NCBI GenBank assembly: GCA_918797485.1
Contig: CAKKNE010000002.1
Coordinates: 1,178,001 to 1,242,000 of the forward strand
Direction of reading: 5' to 3'
DNA from: Pelagomonas calceolata
Lineage: Eukaryota
DNA length: 64,000 bases
Shown: one piece after another, positions 62,801-64,000 of the stretch
How the letters are laid out: each line of letters starts with the position of its first letter
Position numbering within the stretch: position 1 is the stretch's first letter
Translations under genes and position numbers: made by a program
The notes under the pieces: generated by a model
The model's database searches: none
Seen by the model: only the letters and a program-made list of their open reading frames with translations
Told to the model about the DNA's origin: nothing

Positions 62801-64000
62801 CGACGTCGACGCGTTCGAGAGCATCTCCGTCGACGGCGCCGACGGAATGAACCGCACCGTCGAGCCCGCCGACTGGGCCTCGCTCGCGACGTACGAGTTC
62901 CGCGTCGCCGACGACGCTGTATTATCCGGCGACCGCAACTACTCCGTCTGGTTCGTGGCGCGCTCGGCCGACGCCAACTACGACGGCGTTCGTTCTCCCA
63001 ATATGACGTGCCAAGTCATCGAGGACGACGTCGCCTTCGCCACCGTGAGCGGCAAGGCGCTGACGGTCGGGGCCGGCATCAACGGCCCGACGTTCGGCGA
63101 CGGCTACTGGATCACGCTGTCCGCGCCGCCAAAGGCCGACGTCGTCGTGTCGCTCGGCTGCGCCGACACGAGCGTGTTCTACACGAAGCAGCTCTTGTTT
63201 ACGCCGGACGACTGGGATCGGAAGTACGTGGCCGTCAACGCCTCTCTCGCAGACCCAAACATCTTGGAGGGCAGGACGGCCATGCTCACGCACTCCGTCG
63301 CCTCCGCTGACGCCTTCTTCGACGGTCTCGCTGTCTCAGACGTCGAGATCGCTGTCGAATTCTCTGTAGATAGTGTGCCGCCGCCCAAGCTGGAGCTCGT
63401 GCGGTTCCTGGACGGCGGCAACGGCCTCGACGTGCTCTTCGACAGCGCGACAAACATGGTCGACGGCGAGTGGGATATTGATTGCGCCACGCTCTTCGAG
63501 TACGCGGCGCAGCAATTCGGCGCAGATGGTACGTGCTCCTGGACGAACTCGAGCGCGCTGCGCGTGACGTTCGGCGCGGGCGCCCAGATCGTGCCGTTCG
63601 ACTACGTGGCCGCGACGGACCTCAACAGCGCGTATCTCAAGGGCGACCTGCTGAAGAACGACCTCGACGGCGCGACGCTCACGAGCGCCGCCCAGTACGC
63701 CGAGGCCCAAAAGCCGCTGCACCCCGTGGCGCCGGCGATCTCGATCACGGCGCCGGAGAGCGTCGGCGTCTGCGACGGCGTCGTCCTCGACGCGCGCGGC
63801 GCCACGGGCGGCGGCTCGCGAGCTCTGACGTACAACTGGGGCGTGCTGACGACCTGGGACGCCGAGACGGACGCCGACATGGCCAGCTTGGCGGCGCTCG
63901 AGACCAAGCTCGCGGCAGCCGACGCTGCCGGCGCCGTGACCTTGAGCCTCGGCTTCGACGACCTCCTCGCGGGCCGGGCCTACGACTTCCTCATTGCCGC
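56841..64000 (+). CDS. Very large secreted/surface kexin-furin-like (S8B) protease with LNR-like module, P domain, mucin stalk and REJ/PKD-like region (runs off window)
   Basis: Hand translation from ATG 56841: signal peptide; catalytic 'INDDGVD', 'HGTNCA', 'FAAGN', 'GTSFAAP'; 'NPNLTWRDVQ'; P domain 'IEHPRRGDL...HWGE'; later 'VGVCDGVVLDARGATGGGSRALTYNW'. The frame was spot-checked to the window end. Confidence 0.88.
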   Translation, partial: MRRGLLLGLLLRAAADDRVVPRRLDTAVPPWLVRGADLEAVPLDVTRALPLEPGGGSAHRGLQSSSDACDYVSVSGSTGWSSYHGLYNSTGTCDSKPSYECLDCSGSGRKIWHHPYGYWFMGTDGCDSTASGINIISNDDLEDVSGDWREWDGSAWSANSAIAVTCYSYCKEIPGSTDKYRCFDCADASAPASVGDGQCDAANNVDPCYDGGDCCETTCVDGSSTCGSYDCKDPDAPPVPDPYYPDAAWYLEAIRAPEAWAAGYTGDGVQILINDDGVDNTHPDLAKLDVANSCAVYAPCTGSDGTYDTHGTNCAAIAAGDSNSACGVGAAPDAGIASCVQSFSNCPSPSSEDTLTHNYNVNDISSNSWIIYRCAEYSTSATDCPFACPSVSSADCPCDACDGDDWASGNLSSTCKDAVVDYCTTYFDDDVTPCLELDHYFVECGYSQISTSGHNSLVDGTTNGRGGLGTVYVFAAGNEYDRGEDVNYAGYQNSRFTITVGAVYADLTHSDYSQSGAPVFIAAPGGDGGDMAVAKPVGNGVTDDCADAGQGTSFAAPLVSGVAAMVLEANPNLTWRDVQGVLAATARTDFNDEDDETGQWTTNQAGVKHSYKYGFGLVDALAATAAATTWTTLGAEITLVTATTSGAALLDFDGTEHWVESEAAEFGSSDFVIEGVSVYVTIEHPRRGDLRIELERNGVTSLLTDDKLELGTDYTNWKFTTLRHWGETADSGAFTLRVADQRAGSGDDDDLGSRRRLDDDDGVLVSWTLQLYGHDSDTSTPWTPQPTPRGGCDSVAVSGSTSQSSRHGTYLPDGRCEDNEDNVYYKCSDCSSTNYLWYHDSYGRWYMGPDAVGEDGVVCSSSLSGIYIISDEDLEDVSGDWSEYTSSGWSANSNIVVQCSSSPSPSTMPTGQPTALPTATPMPTGQPTALPTATPTAIPSSAPTAVPLSGPTSPPSATQETYEPTVEETAAPSYVPSSAPTYPPTVEETAAPSYETWVPTTAPPSYVPSSAPTAAPAAPTTPLPSYVPSSAPTAAPAAPTTPPPPSYVPSSAPTAAPWDSPTPPPSYKPTPSPTVTPGNPTAAPVFAPTPRPSSPPSSAPTAAPTVTAAPTLVFSPTFQETYKPTVEETAAPSYETWVPTTAPPSYVPSSAPTAAPAAPTTPLPSYVPSSAPTAAPAAPTTPLPTFQETYKPTYVPSSAPTAAPAAPTTPLPTFQETYKPTYVPSSAPTAAPAAPTTPLPTFQETYKPTYVPSSAPTAAPAAPTTPLPSTRPTPAPSYRPTPSPSPSPSTGQPTILPTASPGPSPGPTAVPTAEPTFEPTAAPSAAPSAAPTVTPTLAPTPVPSPVPTQAPTPSPTNAPSTGPSPAPTLAPTVEPTLEPTASPTAAPSAAPTVTPTLAPTPAPSVVPSLAPSPSPTVAPSPGPSPGPTAAPTPGPSPEPTIAPSAAPSAAPTVTPTLAPTPAPSAVPSLAPTLSPTTEPTQEPTAAPTAEPTGIPTTPSPSAVPSMAPTPLPSAAPSSGPTRAPTALPTLRPTASPTSQPTLTPTATPTSMPTTPAPSAVPTLEPTSEPTIEPTAEPSVEPTSEPTAGPTPEPTAGPTQEPTAEPTLEPTAVPTAEPTSEPTAKPTREPTALPTTEPTSLPTSWPTHRPTPRPSQRPTPWPSPAPAPAPTFLPTPRPSPGPSPKPTRSPTLKPTPEPTVTPGNPTAAPVFSPTPRPSFPPTSMPTKIPTSAPSPRPTPLPTPRPTPSPSPEPSHKPTPSPTTAMPTTALPSPAPTSVPTISPPPSPVPSLAPTTINYRLADFSVAAPPELAEAAFTGTGLKVEHLVVNLTVPATKPVRVTLRGGGRSGGNLRFYDEDSDNPGYALTSDAGSASVSKWIPAGDTNCTVAAGALRDRVDNGDSVAQSVTVLLSSTDPIYGRARGFEKTVSVHVLDVDESLIAVNKFLATTDPVTSGAITAKAKENAATFVFTAALTSLPFSAVRLEVEGDVDAFESISVDGADGMNRTVEPADWASLATYEFRVADDAVLSGDRNYSVWFVARSADANYDGVRSPNMTCQVIEDDVAFATVSGKALTVGAGINGPTFGDGYWITLSAPPKADVVVSLGCADTSVFYTKQLLFTPDDWDRKYVAVNASLADPNILEGRTAMLTHSVASADAFFDGLAVSDVEIAVEFSVDSVPPPKLELVRFLDGGNGLDVLFDSATNMVDGEWDIDCATLFEYAAQQFGADGTCSWTNSSALRVTFGAGAQIVPFDYVAATDLNSAYLKGDLLKNDLDGATLTSAAQYAEAQKPLHPVAPAISITAPESVGVCDGVVLDARGATGGGSRALTYNWGVLTTWDAETDADMASLAALETKLAAADAAGAVTLSLGFDDLLAGRAYDFLIA
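59545..62220 (+). repeat. Coding Pro/Thr/Ser/Ala mucin-like minisatellite region
   Basis: 84-bp units at 60396, 60480 and 60564; ~175-bp duplication at 59790 and 60210; ~60-bp copy at 60061 and 61933. Confidence 0.9.

Noticed and set aside
57249..63907. Many Arg-rich or Gly/Val-rich ORFs in the track
   Set aside because: Alternative-frame and antisense readings of the long protease/mucin CDS starting at 56841.

Overview
This is gene-dense, GC-rich eukaryotic nuclear DNA. Bipartite plastid-targeting leaders, a mastigoneme-like protein, RIB43A and short TIR/TSD introns suggest a pelagophyte alga (Pelagomonas/Aureococcus-like); the taxon is inferred, not confirmed. About 28 protein-coding genes are supportable: MFS transporter, RIB43A, fatty-acid hydroxylase/sterol desaturase, TatB/Hcf106, pentameric ligand-gated channel, PhyH, sulfotransferase, Myb-SHAQKYF, Qb-SNARE, SWIB/DEK-C, mastigoneme EGF protein, CUEDC2-like, cyclophilin, RecD2 helicase, C-type lectin, a glycosyltransferase fusion, USP14/UBP6, and a >2300-aa kexin-like protease/mucin/REJ-like protein that the ORF track omits. 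Most other ORFs in the track are antisense or alternative-frame shadows. The most striking non-coding structure is: (1) a 20-23 bp motif, CTAG-CGGCCTGTAAGACA-CTAG, found about 10 times and only upstream of genes; (2) intron-forming non-autonomous transposons (Introners) with TIRs and 8-bp TSDs, from pristine to decayed, including a second family inside an ankyrin gene; (3) a motif CCTCSACGCCRTCGACGCG shared by most introns; (4) a perfect 34-bp palindrome ending the ankyrin gene; (5) several orphan 3'-end gene fragments. No rRNA, tRNA or CRISPR array was recognised. All splice models were read by hand and are untested.
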